Positions 10,048 to 20,165 of a stretch of 64,000 nt of DNA are shown here, piece after piece. The stretch is from Candidatus Aenigmatarchaeota archaeon (lineage in GTDB: Archaea > Aenigmatarchaeota > Aenigmatarchaeia > GW2011-AR5): assembly GCA_039091535.1 (NCBI GenBank), contig JAWCLW010000001.1, positions 81,073 through 145,072 of the forward strand, in the 5' to 3' direction. Made by a program: the position numbers and the translations under genes. Numbering within the stretch: the first letter of the stretch is position 1; every line of letters starts with the position of its first letter. The notes beneath the pieces were generated by a model. It was not told where the DNA came from. It searched no databases and was given only the letters and a program-made list of their open reading frames with translations.

Positions 10048-10752
10048 ATGGAAGCGGGGATGAAAGTAAAGCTTCTTGCTTATACTCCAAATCCCGAAAA
10101 GATATGTGGAATAGCTGCAAGATTATGTTATAAGAATATCAAAACTATTGATGAATTAGAAAAAAATATAACAGAAGATGAAATAAAAAAATCTCTTGAT
10201 GCGTGTTTAAAATCAGGTCATCATTCTGTAATTGAGCATGCATCATTTACATTTGGTATAGAAGGCGTATCTCGAGCACTTACTCATCAACTTGTCCGTC
10301 ATCGTATTGCATCTTATTCTCAGCAGAGTCAAAGATATGTTGACAAAAAGAACTTTGAATATATAATTCCACCATCAATAAAGGCAAATAAAAAATTAAA
10401 AGAAAAATTTGAAAATTTTATGAAGAATATTCCATATGAAGAATTTTTAGAAGTTCCAAAAGAGGATGCAAGATTTGTTTTACCAAATGCATGCGATACA
10501 AAAATAATAGTTACAATGAATGCACGTTCACTTTATAATTTTTTTAAGTTACGTTGCTGCACGCATGCACAATGGGAAATAAGAATGCTTGCAAACAAAA
10601 TGCTTGAGCTTGTAAAAGAGATCGCACCAAATCTTTTCAAATATGCAGGACCATCGTGTGTTTTCGAAAAAATATGTCGTGAAAAAGAGCCGTGCCCAAG
10701 ACTTCAGAAAGAAGGTGCAATTCATCTATGGAGTTTGGATAAGGGATTATAA
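10048..10752 (+). CDS. thyX: FAD-dependent thymidylate synthase ThyX
   Basis: Contains the ThyX signature [16 protein letters not shown] (RHRxxSxxxxSxR). Confidence 0.9.
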   Translation: MEAGMKVKLLAYTPNPEKICGIAARLCYKNIKTIDELEKNITEDEIKKSLDACLKSGHHSVIEHASFTFGIEGVSRALTHQLVRHRIASYSQQSQRYVDKKNFEYIIPPSIKANKKLKEKFENFMKNIPYEEFLEVPKEDARFVLPNACDTKIIVTMNARSLYNFFKLRCCTHAQWEIRMLANKMLELVKEIAPNLFKYAGPSCVFEKICREKEPCPRLQKEGAIHLWSLDKGL

Positions 10753-11981
10753 TGTTAAAAGATTTTGATTATGAAGTCTGGGAAGCGATTAACAATGAAA
10801 AATTAAGACAAATGAACGGTTTAGAGTTGATAGCTTCTGAAAATTTAGTGAGCAAATCTGTTCTTGAGGTAGTGGGTTCAATTCTGACAAATAAATACTC
10901 TGAAGGATTGCCTGGAAAAAGGTATTATGGTGGAAATAAATTTATCGATCTCATAGAATCATTAGCCATAGAACGAGCAAAAAAATTATTTGGATGCGAG
11001 CATGTGAATGTACAACCATATTCTGGAAGTACAGCAAATCTCTCAGCACTTTATGCATTTCTAAAGATCGGGGAAAAATTTATGGGGATGAGTCTTACTC
11101 ATGGCGGTCATCTAACGCATGGTGCGTCTGTAAGTTTTTCTGGACAATTATTTAAATCGATACCTTATGGTGTTTCTAGAGAGACTGAACTTCTTGATTA
11201 CGATGAAATAAGAAAGATAGCTCTTGCTGAAAAGCCAAAATTAATTTTATCAGGACTATCAGCATATCCACGTGAGATTGATTTTAAAATATTTAGAGAA
11301 ATTTGTGATGAAGTCGGAGCATATCACATGGCAGACATAGCACATATTGCCGGACTTGTTGTTGGCGGTGTTCATCAAAGTCCCATACCATATGCTGATG
11401 TTGTAACAACTACTACACATAAAACATTAAGAGGACCACGCGGTGCAATTATAATGTGTAAAATGAAATATGCTGAAAAAATAGATAAAGCAGTATTCCC
11501 AACATTTCAAGGAGGACCACATAACAATATAAATGCAGCAAAGGCTGTGTGTTTTAAAGAAGCAATGCAACCAGAATTTAAAAAATATGTATATCAAATT
11601 GTAAAAAATGCAAAGGCATTGGCTGATGCATTACTTGATTATGGTTTTAGGCTTATTACTGGTGGTACAGATAACCATCTCATACTTGTTGATATGACTA
11701 ATAAAGGATTAACAGGAAAAGAGACAGAAAGCATTTTGGAAGAAGTAAATATCTATGTAAATAAGAACATGATTCCTTTTGATACAAGAAAACCTTCGGA
11801 CCCTTCTGGCATAAGATTAGGAACACCTACTCTTACAACACGTGGTATGAAGGAAAGTGAGATGAAATTTGTTGGTGAATTAATTAATAAAGCAATTGAA
11901 AACAAGGATAATAACATTGTAAAAGAAAAAATAAGGAAAGATGTTTTAGAATTATGCAATAAATTTCCGTTTTATGAGTAA
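10752..11981 (+). CDS. glyA: serine hydroxymethyltransferase
   Basis: [16 protein letters not shown] and [13 protein letters not shown] (PLP lysine) are present. The start overlaps the thyX stop (TAATG). Confidence 0.95.
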   Translation: MLKDFDYEVWEAINNEKLRQMNGLELIASENLVSKSVLEVVGSILTNKYSEGLPGKRYYGGNKFIDLIESLAIERAKKLFGCEHVNVQPYSGSTANLSALYAFLKIGEKFMGMSLTHGGHLTHGASVSFSGQLFKSIPYGVSRETELLDYDEIRKIALAEKPKLILSGLSAYPREIDFKIFREICDEVGAYHMADIAHIAGLVVGGVHQSPIPYADVVTTTTHKTLRGPRGAIIMCKMKYAEKIDKAVFPTFQGGPHNNINAAKAVCFKEAMQPEFKKYVYQIVKNAKALADALLDYGFRLITGGTDNHLILVDMTNKGLTGKETESILEEVNIYVNKNMIPFDTRKPSDPSGIRLGTPTLTTRGMKESEMKFVGELINKAIENKDNNIVKEKIRKDVLELCNKFPFYE

Positions 11982-12041
11982 TTTGCTAAATACATAATTC
12001 AAGTTATTTATAATTATTATCATAGATTTTATTTGATCTAA

Positions 12042-12719
12042 TTATCTTGCTCCACTTGCTTCTCTTTCTATCCTTTCTTTTTCTTTTATGGCAAATGATT
12101 CCGAAGAACCTTTATATGCAGCAAGAAGTTCTTCCGCAAGTGCTTCATGTATTTTTTTTCTTGTATTGAAAGATTTTCTATATGCTCCCTGAGCAAAATA
12201 TTTTAATGTCTTATCGATACGGCGTTGTGGTGCTGTAACTACTGCCTCACGTGCCATTATACTACCAAGCTGATATGAAATTATCTCTTCTCTTATTGCT
12301 GCATTTTCTATAGCTCTAACAAGCACCTCTATAGGATTTTTATTCTCCTTTTTTTCTATTAGTTCAAATGCCTTCTCAACAGTACTTAGTGCATTTACAT
12401 AATTTCCACAAAATCTACCGGATGTAAGTTTGTGCTTTTTTCCATGATGACCTGGGACCAAAAGATTAAGCGCAAGTCTCTCAACAATATGCATCTTTGA
12501 TTTATGAAATCTTCTGCGATGTACACCTGCAGAGCGCGGTATTAACCTAGGTTCAAGATTCAAATAATTTTTTAGACTTGGGTCTTTTACTTCTATATTT
12601 GAATCCCATTTGTTAAATAATTTAACATCAAATTTTGTTTTTTCTTTTTTTGTTGGTTTTGTCTTAGTTTTAGTTTCTTTGTCTATATTCTTTGTATTTT
12701 TTTTTGATATTTTATTCAT
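12042..12719 (-). CDS. rps7: 30S ribosomal protein uS7 with Lys-rich N-terminal extension
   Basis: VERLALNLLVPGHHGKK...AIENAAIREE...RRIDKTLKY matches the archaeal S7 core. It lies immediately downstream of uS12. Confidence 0.95.
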   Translation of the reverse strand: MNKISKKNTKNIDKETKTKTKPTKKEKTKFDVKLFNKWDSNIEVKDPSLKNYLNLEPRLIPRSAGVHRRRFHKSKMHIVERLALNLLVPGHHGKKHKLTSGRFCGNYVNALSTVEKAFELIEKKENKNPIEVLVRAIENAAIREEIISYQLGSIMAREAVVTAPQRRIDKTLKYFAQGAYRKSFNTRKKIHEALAEELLAAYKGSSESFAIKEKERIEREASGAR

Positions 12720-12732
12720 TTAGACACCTACT

Positions 12733-13158
12733 TTATTTTACCGCCTTTTGTTTCCTTCCAGTCCTTATCATTTCAAGAGAAATATCATTAACCTTTATCA
12801 CACGATACTTTAAACCAGACATACTTCCTACAGAACCACCTTGTGAACCGCCCATACCCTCAACAACAACCTGATCGTGCTCTGATATATGATCTATTGC
12901 ACCTGTTCTAGGCACAAACGCAGTAATCTGTTTTCCATTCTTAATTAAACGAACGCGTACACATTTTATCAATCCAGAGTGTGGTTGTTTTTGTTCTACA
13001 ACACGCTTCTCAAGAACAATACCCCTTGCTTGTGGGCTTCCTTCTAATGGATCCTTCTTTCTTTTTAAATCTAACATTCTGATTACATACTTCTCCTTTT
13101 TCCATCTGAATCGTTTTCTATCCTTTTTTAATTTTCTTGCAGCAAATTCTCCTGCCAT
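12733..13158 (-). CDS. rps12: 30S ribosomal protein uS12
   Basis: [42 protein letters not shown]...VVVEGMGG is a typical archaeal S12. Confidence 0.95.
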   Translation of the reverse strand: MAGEFAARKLKKDRKRFRWKKEKYVIRMLDLKRKKDPLEGSPQARGIVLEKRVVEQKQPHSGLIKCVRVRLIKNGKQITAFVPRTGAIDHISEHDQVVVEGMGGSQGGSVGSMSGLKYRVIKVNDISLEMIRTGRKQKAVK

Positions 13159-13329
13159 AATTTCACCAAGTAAAATATTATTAATTAATATTCTGAATTT
13201 ATTAATAGTAAAGATTTAAATAAGTTTGAAGAATAGTGACCCAAGGCAAAAACTTAGTGTAACGTTCCAAGAGGGAACAAAAATACAGTGATGTTGAAAT
13301 TCGAAAAAATTAAATCGAAAAGCTAATCA

Positions 13330-13764
13330 CTATAATTTAGAAACATTTAGTGTTATGACATAATGAGAAGTTTCTATTTTTTGTGTAGTTTTTGGATATG
13401 GTTCAACTTTTATCAATCTTATAGAATATCTATCAAAATTCTTTATTGCCAAATCTGGATGCCCAGATCTACTTGTTAAAGTAAAGATGCCAAGATTTTT
13501 ATTATCCTTCATAATATTTACTATAACAGTAGTTTGTCCTTCCCAAACACAAACAACATCAGATGGGCACCTGGAATCTTCAGTTATATTCAAAAATTTA
13601 ATCTTGATACTTTCGCCTTCTATAATTGCTACTTGATCAATCTTAAGTTTGAATGAATTATTTAAACTAGTAATGATTGTTTCTTCTTGTTGAATTTGTT
13701 TAATACATCCATTGATTAAAATAACAGCAAGTAAGCTAATTATTAAATAATATTTTTGTTGCAT
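13330..13764 (-). CDS. secreted/lipoprotein-like hypothetical protein
   Basis: N-terminal hydrophobic signal ends in INGC (lipobox-like). There are paired Cys residues (CPSDVVCVWEG). No known domain recognised. Confidence 0.5.
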   Translation of the reverse strand: MQQKYYLIISLLAVILINGCIKQIQQEETIITSLNNSFKLKIDQVAIIEGESIKIKFLNITEDSRCPSDVVCVWEGQTTVIVNIMKDNKNLGIFTLTSRSGHPDLAIKNFDRYSIRLIKVEPYPKTTQKIETSHYVITLNVSKL

Positions 13765-13859
13765 ATTTATTATGAGTTTTAACTTGTATAAAAATATGTT
13801 GAAAACTTACTAAAAAATTATTTATTTGTATTAAACCAGATTATGATTGATGATTATTT

Positions 13860-14222
13860 ATGAAAATCTTACTTGATACAAATTTTTTGTTATTGCCAGT
13901 ACAATTTAAAATAGATATATTTAAATTGCTTAAAAATTATGAACTATTTACATTAGATTTATGTGTGAATGAAATAAAAAAATTGTCTGAAAGAAAAACA
14001 AAGGACGGCATTGCTGCCAAGGTTGCGCTAGAATTAATAAAGACAAAAAAAATAAATGTTATAAAATCTGAAAAGAAAAAGACAGACCTTGCAATAATTG
14101 AAATTGCAAAAAAATATAATTACATGGTTGCTACAAATGACAAAAAGTTAATAAAAAGTTTAAAAAGATATGGGATTAAAATAATTAGATTAAAACAGAA
14201 AAAATATTTAATAGAAGAATAA
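13860..14222 (+). CDS. PIN-domain ribonuclease-like protein
   Basis: MKILLDTNFLL (first acidic residue) and VATNDKKLIKSLKRYGIKII (last acidic residue) are present. The size of about 120 aa fits a PIN domain. Confidence 0.75.
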   Translation: MKILLDTNFLLLPVQFKIDIFKLLKNYELFTLDLCVNEIKKLSERKTKDGIAAKVALELIKTKKINVIKSEKKKTDLAIIEIAKKYNYMVATNDKKLIKSLKRYGIKIIRLKQKKYLIEE

Positions 14223-14240
14223 AATGAAAAGTGATTTTCC

Positions 14241-16214
14241 ATGGAACCATTATTAATATCATTTGTTATTGGTATTATTACATTGCTTTTTGCAATATTT
14301 CTTGCATTTAATGTTTTGAGGCGCGAACAAGGTAACGAAAAGATGATAAGCATTTCAGAAGCTATTCAAGAGGGTGCCTCTGCTTTTCTGAAAAGAGAGT
14401 ATAAATTTCTTATTATTTTTATCATTGTTATAGCTGCTATTCTAGGTATTTTTATTAATATTTTAACTGCCATCTCATTTATTTGTGGTGCATTCTTATC
14501 GGCATTAGCTGGTTTCATTGGTATGAATATTGCTACAAGGGCAAATGTAAGAACAACAAATGCAGCACAAAAAAGCCTTAATTCTGCATTAAGAGTTGCA
14601 TTTTCATCAGGCGCTGTCATGGGGCTTGTTGTTGTTTCTTTTGGAATAATTGGATTAAGTATCTTATACTTTTTTGTAGAAGATCCAAATCTCATAGTTG
14701 GCTTTGGTTTTGGTGCTTCATCAATTGCTTTATTTGCAAGAGTTGGTGGTGGAATTTATACAAAGGCAGCAGATGTTGGTGCGGATCTTGTTGGAAAAGT
14801 AGAGAAAGGTATACCTGAAGACGACCCAAGAAACCCAGCTGTTATTGCTGATAATGTCGGTGATAATGTTGGTGATGTTGCCGGTATGGGAGCTGATTTG
14901 TTCGAAAGTTATGTTGGCAGTATAATAGCTGCTATGGCTCTTTCTATTGTCGTTGGCTTTGGTATTATTGGAATCCTTGTTCCATTACTCATTGCAGGAG
15001 CAGGAGCTATATCTAGTATCATAGGTATATTTTTTGTTAATGTAAATAAAGAAGATGCGGGTGCACTTCTAAATGCATTAAGGCGTGGAATTTTTGTTAC
15101 AGTAATACTAACAATTATATTTTCTTTTGCAATTGTTTATTTTATGATGAATAATCTTAATGTGTTTTATGCAACAATTTCTGGTCTGATAGCAGGTGTG
15201 TTAATCGGGTTAACAACAGAATATTATACATCATATAAATATAGACCTACAAAAGAAATTGCAGAATCTTCACAGACAGGTGCAGCAACAACAATCCTAC
15301 GTGGATTATCTGTTGGGATGCAAAGCACTATAATACCTATTATTTTAATTTCTGTATCAATTTTGATTTCATATTATTTTGCAGGGCTTTATGGCATTGC
15401 AATAGCAGGTGTTGGTATGTTATCAACGCTCGGCATAACTCTTGCAACAGATGCTTATGGTCCTGTTGCTGATAATGCTGGTGGTATTGCAGAGATGTCG
15501 CATCTTCCAAAAAATGTAAGAGAAAGAACAGATGCATTGGATGCATTAGGTAATACAACAGCGGCAACAGGCAAAGGATTTGCAATTGGTTCCGCTGTTT
15601 TAACTGCTTTAGCGCTTATGGCTGCTTATACTCAGACAGCTAATATTTCTATTGTAAACCTTATAGATGCAAAAGTTGTTGTTGGATTATTGATAGGTGC
15701 TTTGATGCCTTTTGTTTTCTGTTCCATAACATTGAAAGCTGTTGGCAAGGCAGCATTTAACATAGTAAATGAGGTAAGGAGACAGTTCAAAGAAATAAAA
15801 GGTCTTATGAAAGGTAAAGCAAAACCTGATTATGCAAGATGTGTTGACATTGCTACAAAAGGTGCAATAAAAGAAATGATTACACCAGGATTGCTTGCAG
15901 TTATTGTTCCAATTGTTGTTGGATTGATTCTTGGTGTCTATGCGCTTGCAGGTCTACTCATTGGTGCAACTGCAACAGGATTTTTACTTGCAGTAACAAT
16001 GGCAAATGCAGGTGGTGCATGGGACAATGCAAAAAAATATATAGAAGCAGGACATTTTGGTGGAAAAGGTTCTGATGTTCATAAAGCATCTGTTGTTGGT
16101 GATACAGTTGGTGATCCATTCAAAGACACAAGTGGGCCATCACTAAATATATTAATTAAACTAATGTCAATAGTTTCATTGGTATTTGCACCAATTTTTA
16201 TGACGCTTGCATAA
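14241..16214 (+). CDS. hppA: membrane-bound ion-translocating pyrophosphatase
   Basis: [54 protein letters not shown] and [16 protein letters not shown] are present in a polytopic membrane protein. Confidence 0.95.
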   Translation: MEPLLISFVIGIITLLFAIFLAFNVLRREQGNEKMISISEAIQEGASAFLKREYKFLIIFIIVIAAILGIFINILTAISFICGAFLSALAGFIGMNIATRANVRTTNAAQKSLNSALRVAFSSGAVMGLVVVSFGIIGLSILYFFVEDPNLIVGFGFGASSIALFARVGGGIYTKAADVGADLVGKVEKGIPEDDPRNPAVIADNVGDNVGDVAGMGADLFESYVGSIIAAMALSIVVGFGIIGILVPLLIAGAGAISSIIGIFFVNVNKEDAGALLNALRRGIFVTVILTIIFSFAIVYFMMNNLNVFYATISGLIAGVLIGLTTEYYTSYKYRPTKEIAESSQTGAATTILRGLSVGMQSTIIPIILISVSILISYYFAGLYGIAIAGVGMLSTLGITLATDAYGPVADNAGGIAEMSHLPKNVRERTDALDALGNTTAATGKGFAIGSAVLTALALMAAYTQTANISIVNLIDAKVVVGLLIGALMPFVFCSITLKAVGKAAFNIVNEVRRQFKEIKGLMKGKAKPDYARCVDIATKGAIKEMITPGLLAVIVPIVVGLILGVYALAGLLIGATATGFLLAVTMANAGGAWDNAKKYIEAGHFGGKGSDVHKASVVGDTVGDPFKDTSGPSLNILIKLMSIVSLVFAPIFMTLA

Positions 16215-16526
16215 TTCTGTTGATTTTTTTATTGAACGTTATATATTTTTACATTCATCCTGAGAGACTAACACAAATTAAGATTTTTATCTGTTTCACT
16301 CCTAAAACTTCTTTTACCCAGATGTTATGTCTAATTGCCTAATACTGGCTTTTGCATCCAAAGGTAAATTTAAGAGGATTTTAGAAGTATCTCTTTAATC
16401 AATTTCAAAGGATCCGGTTAGCGATTGGAGAGTGTATAAGCAAAAAGCTTAAAAAGAAAACATACTAACTATTTAAAACATTTATCAATAATTATTTTCA
16501 TTATCAATGATTTTATTGGTGTAAAT

Positions 16527-17084
16527 ATGTTTAAGATATTGACAATAAAGGATGTTGTTCGAGTTCCGCCAGTAAAATTTGACCTTGAGTTAGAAAAAGC
16601 CGTAAAAGAAAGTCTTCAAGAGACAATAGAAGGTAAGCTAAATGTTGATATAGGTGTTTTTCTAGCTGTTACAGAAATATTGAACATAGGTGAAGGGGAA
16701 ATAATACCAGAAGATGGTGCAATACATTATCCTGTTGAATATAAGATACTTGTATACAAACCGGAGATAAATGAGATTGTTATAGGTGAGGTTGTCGATA
16801 TTACTGAATTCGGGGCTTTTGTAAGAATAGGACCAATAGATGGTCTTGTGCATATAAGTCAAATAATGGATGATAGAATTTCATACGATGCTAAAAATGC
16901 TATAATAACAGGAAAAAAGACAGGTCAGAAACTCAAAGAAGGCGATCTTGTAAGGGCGCGTATTGTTGGTGTCTCACTTGGAAAAGGTCGAAGCAAAATA
17001 GCATTAACAATGAGACAGCCACACCTTGGTTCATTAGAATGGATCGAAAAAGAAAAAAAGAAAAAAGAGAAAAAGGAGAAATAG
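16527..17084 (+). CDS. rpoE: RNA polymerase subunit Rpo7 (E')
   Basis: N-terminal MFKILTIKDVVRVPP... and an S1 domain (GEVVDITEFGAFVRIGPIDGLVHISQ). It has a Lys/Glu tail and sits in the conserved cluster with spt4, S24e and S27ae. Confidence 0.9.
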   Translation: MFKILTIKDVVRVPPVKFDLELEKAVKESLQETIEGKLNVDIGVFLAVTEILNIGEGEIIPEDGAIHYPVEYKILVYKPEINEIVIGEVVDITEFGAFVRIGPIDGLVHISQIMDDRISYDAKNAIITGKKTGQKLKEGDLVRARIVGVSLGKGRSKIALTMRQPHLGSLEWIEKEKKKKEKKEK

Positions 17085-17086
17085 AT

Positions 17087-17356
17087 ATGATAATTAAAAA
17101 GGAAATTAATTTAGGTGATTATAAATTTATTTTGGATGGAAAAATTCTTGAACCATGTAAAAATTATAAGCGATTTAATTGTGAAGATTGCTCCTATTCA
17201 TGCACATATAATGGTTCTATCGAAATTAAAAAACATAATGAAACAAGATTTATAAATAATGCTTCTATAATCGGTTTATCAAACTTTGCATCTCAAAAAG
17301 ATTATATTGATTTAATAGTTGATGAGTTAATAATAAAAAATTTTATAAGTTGGTAA
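17087..17356 (+). CDS. hypothetical protein (89 aa) inserted between rpoE' and spt4
   Basis: The ATG at 17087 follows AAGGAG. It contains a Cys cluster CKNYKRFNCEDCSYSC. No family recognised. Confidence 0.45.
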   Translation: MIIKKEINLGDYKFILDGKILEPCKNYKRFNCEDCSYSCTYNGSIEIKKHNETRFINNASIIGLSNFASQKDYIDLIVDELIIKNFISW

Positions 17357-17374
17357 TTTAAGGAAGTGTTTTGA

Positions 17375-17557
17375 ATGACAAAAAAAGCATGCAAACAATG
17401 TAAAAGAATATTGACAAAGGGTAGTGTTTGTCCTGTATGTAAGACGAGCGAACTTACACCAAACTTTCAAGGCATTGTTGTAATATTTGATGTAGAATCA
17501 GAAATAGCAAAAAAGCTCGGTATAACTGCTCTTGGAAAATATGCGATAAAGATTTGA
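17375..17557 (+). CDS. spt4: transcription elongation factor Spt4 (RpoE'')
   Basis: Zinc ribbon CKQCKRIL...CPVCK followed by NFQGIVVIFDVESEIAKKLGI matches the archaeal Spt4 layout. The position after rpoE' fits. Confidence 0.85.
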   Translation: MTKKACKQCKRILTKGSVCPVCKTSELTPNFQGIVVIFDVESEIAKKLGITALGKYAIKI

Positions 17558-17568
17558 GGGTTTTATTT

Positions 17569-17847
17569 ATGAAAGTAAAAATAGTTGAAAGAAAAAATAA
17601 TCCTTATCTTAAAAGAGATGAATTAGTTATCGAGATAGACCATACAGGTGAGTGTACCCCATCTAAAGCTGCATTGCAACAATGGTTATCAAAAGAGCTT
17701 GGCAAAGATGTAGAAAAAATAGATATACGCAACATATTTTCTTCAAAAGGTAGTCCTATTTCAAGATCGCATGTATTTTTATGGGAAGAAAATAAGGTCA
17801 ACGACCTATCAAAAGTTGTGAAGGAAGAAAAAGAAAATAAAAAATAA
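17569..17847 (+). CDS. rps24e: 30S ribosomal protein S24e
   Basis: MKVKIVERKNNPYLKRDELVIEIDHTGECTPSK... matches the S24e pattern. The position is conserved. Confidence 0.85.
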   Translation: MKVKIVERKNNPYLKRDELVIEIDHTGECTPSKAALQQWLSKELGKDVEKIDIRNIFSSKGSPISRSHVFLWEENKVNDLSKVVKEEKENKK

Positions 17848-17866
17848 TTTACAAAAGTGAAAAACT

Positions 17867-18130
17867 ATGGTAAAAAACCAAGAAGAGAAAAAAGAAGCAA
17901 AATCCGAAAAAGAAAAGAAAGAAAAAAAGAGTCAAAAAGATAAGCCAAAATCAAAGAAGAAGCATGCAAAAGTTCAAATATGGAAATTATATAAGATTGA
18001 AAATGGAAAAGTTGTAAGAATAAATGAAAATTGTCCACGATGTGGTGCGGGAACATTTTTGGCAAAATATAAAAACAGAAAATATTGTGGACGTTGTGGC
18101 TGGGCTCAAATAATACAGGAAACGACATGA
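17867..18130 (+). CDS. rps27ae: 30S ribosomal protein S27ae
   Basis: C-terminal zinc ribbon CPRCGAGTFLAKYKNRKYCGRCGW with a Lys-rich N-terminus. Confidence 0.85.
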   Translation: MVKNQEEKKEAKSEKEKKEKKSQKDKPKSKKKHAKVQIWKLYKIENGKVVRINENCPRCGAGTFLAKYKNRKYCGRCGWAQIIQETT

Positions 18131-18222
18131 AAAATTATACAAATAAAAATAATAAATTCAATTTTAAATTATCATAAGAATCAAAAAATATTTTAAATAA
18201 AATAATTAGGATAAATATTCTT

Positions 18223-18906
18223 ATGAAGGTTATATGTTTTGATTTTGATGATGTAATTGTAAGAACTAATACTATCCATAAACTCATTAAACTTTTTGGT
18301 CAAAGATTAAAGATTTTTGAGCTTGAAATAGAATTTCTTGAAGATAATTTGGAACCAAAAAAATTTTTTGGCGTTGTTAAAAGAATTGTTATGATGGGTA
18401 AGGGATTGGAATTTAAAAAAATTAAAAATTATATGCTTAAATTTGGTGTTAATAAAGGAGTTAAGCATGTCTTCAAATTTTTGAAATCAAAAAACTATAA
18501 AATAGTAATAGTTAGTACAAATGATCAAAGAATTATAAAAGATTTTCTCAAAAAAAATCATATAGATAAATATATTGATCAAATCTATGCTGCAAAACTT
18601 GGAATAAAAAATGGTTTACTTACAGGCAAAATATATGGTGATGTAATAAAAACAGAAAAGACTGGAATTGTAAAAAAGATAGAAAAAAAATACAAAATAA
18701 AAAAAGAAGATATTATATACATTGGAGATGGACTTACAGATTTACCAATAATAAAATTAGTTGGACGTGGAATTCTTTTTTGTCCAAATGAATTGGCAAA
18801 GGCAGAAGTTTTTATTGATAAAACACTAAAGAAAAAAGAAAAAAATGGAAAATTATTTCTTGTTGAAAAAAAGGATATGCGTGAAATTTTGAAATTTGTA
18901 ATGTAA
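18223..18906 (+). CDS. HAD-superfamily hydrolase (phosphoserine-phosphatase-like)
   Basis: HAD motif I (ICFDFDDV), motif II (VSTND) and motif IV (GDGLTDLP). Confidence 0.8.
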   Translation: MKVICFDFDDVIVRTNTIHKLIKLFGQRLKIFELEIEFLEDNLEPKKFFGVVKRIVMMGKGLEFKKIKNYMLKFGVNKGVKHVFKFLKSKNYKIVIVSTNDQRIIKDFLKKNHIDKYIDQIYAAKLGIKNGLLTGKIYGDVIKTEKTGIVKKIEKKYKIKKEDIIYIGDGLTDLPIIKLVGRGILFCPNELAKAEVFIDKTLKKKEKNGKLFLVEKKDMREILKFVM

Positions 18907-19092
18907 AATTATAAGAGATAAACAAATTCTTTCCTTATTCTAGAACTATTACTAGATTATCAAAACTATCCTTTATTAATGAGGGTAACAAATTGGATAA
19001 TATTATTATGTTAGTTGCAATTTGAGAGCTAACACAAAAATAGCTTGAAAGATATAGCATTCGAAAACGAAAGTAAATCTTAAGTGTTCCGC

Positions 19093-19446
19093 TTATCCAA
19101 CATAGTGCTCTTGTGGTATTGGTATCTTTTGTATTACTGGTTTTTTTGTTTTTATTTTTTTTTGATATTCTTTGTATCTTTTCCATATATCTTTGGCCAT
19201 TGCACCTTTCAAAATTTTTGTAATTGTTAATCTTGGTGCAGACGTATTTGGTAATGGTCTGTAATCAACCAAGACTATATCGCCTTTCTTTATACTTTTG
19301 CTTATTTGTTGATCTACAAGAACCGTTATTAGATTTTCATCCCACATTTCTAGTGCTGCCTGTGTCGAATTGTCAGATGATTCTATATTCCTATCTTTTG
19401 GTTTAAAAACTTCTAATACCTTACCAGGATGATACATAGTTCTCAA
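19093..19446 (-). CDS. hypothetical protein (117 aa)
   Basis: Clean ORF with normal composition. No motif recognised. Confidence 0.5.
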   Translation of the reverse strand: MRTMYHPGKVLEVFKPKDRNIESSDNSTQAALEMWDENLITVLVDQQISKSIKKGDIVLVDYRPLPNTSAPRLTITKILKGAMAKDIWKRYKEYQKKIKTKKPVIQKIPIPQEHYVG

Positions 19447-19479
19447 CTCATTTATTTAGTAAAAAAATTTATAAATAAT

Positions 19480-19893
19480 TTATTTCTTAAAAAATAACCA
19501 TGTATTTTTTTCTTTTGTCTCAAATCTTATTAAGCAATAAACACCTCTTAATTTTTTGCCATTCAGTCTAAAAACAATTTTCTCTTTATTTCTTTCAATT
19601 AAATCAAAATAACCTTTGTCCCATATTTTAACAATTCCTGCACCATAAAATCCTTCAGGTATTTTACCTTCAAAATCTATATAATTTAAATCGTGATCAT
19701 CAACCTGAATTGCTAATCTCTTTAATCCTTTTTGTTTCGGTGGCTCTTTTGGAACTGCCCATGATTTTAAAATATTATCTAGTTCAAGACGCAGATCATA
19801 ATGCAACTTTCTAGTATGATGGTTGTGTATTACAAATCGTGGCATAAATAAGAGTTCTTCGTTATCTTTTAATAAATTATAATTATTCTTCAT
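19480..19893 (-). CDS. stand-alone LigD-type 3'-phosphoesterase domain protein
   Basis: FVIHNHHTRKLHYDLRLELDNILKSWAVPKEPP...LAIQVDDHDLNYIDFEGKIPEGFYGAGIVKIWDKG matches the LigD PE domain consensus (FViqkHxAsrlHYDfRLE...KSWAvPKGP...veDHPleY..FEG.IP.G.YGaG.v.iWD.G). The start is trimmed to the ATG at 19893. Confidence 0.85.
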   Translation of the reverse strand: MKNNYNLLKDNEELLFMPRFVIHNHHTRKLHYDLRLELDNILKSWAVPKEPPKQKGLKRLAIQVDDHDLNYIDFEGKIPEGFYGAGIVKIWDKGYFDLIERNKEKIVFRLNGKKLRGVYCLIRFETKEKNTWLFFKK

Positions 19894-19897
19894 ATTT

Positions 19898-20134
19898 ATG
19901 GCTATAATTATTGGCTCAAAATACATAGAAACAAAAAACAAATTAATAAACAAACTTATGAATGGGTATCTTAATTACTTAGAAGATGATGCAATATTTC
20001 ATGTTTGCTATTTTTGTAAAAAAAGTATAAATGGAAAGATGAAAATATTAATAGATGTGGAATCGAATAGTATAAAAGAAGTATATTTCTTGGATAATGT
20101 TTGTTTTCTAAGTTATATAAATAGAAAAAATTAA
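19898..20134 (+). CDS. small hypothetical protein (possible start at 19958)
   Basis: ORF only, with a CYFC motif. It lies in the gap between the LigD-PE and kae1 genes. Coding status is uncertain. Confidence 0.25.
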   Translation: MAIIIGSKYIETKNKLINKLMNGYLNYLEDDAIFHVCYFCKKSINGKMKILIDVESNSIKEVYFLDNVCFLSYINRKN

Positions 20135-20165
20135 GATTAAAAACATTTTTTGTGAAGTAAATATT

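Noticed and set aside
12600-12719. Lys-rich low-complexity regions (N-termini of uS7 and S27ae, C-terminus of Rpo7, tail of the 29366..29923 protein) as possible nucleotide repeats
   Set aside because: They are in-frame poly-Lys/Glu extensions of real proteins, as commonly reported for very AT-rich genomes. They are not repeat elements.
13215-13260. Small hairpin GTTCC-AAGAG-GGAAC upstream of rps12 as a regulatory leader
   Set aside because: It has only a 5-bp stem. There is no supporting conservation or known motif, so the evidence is insufficient.
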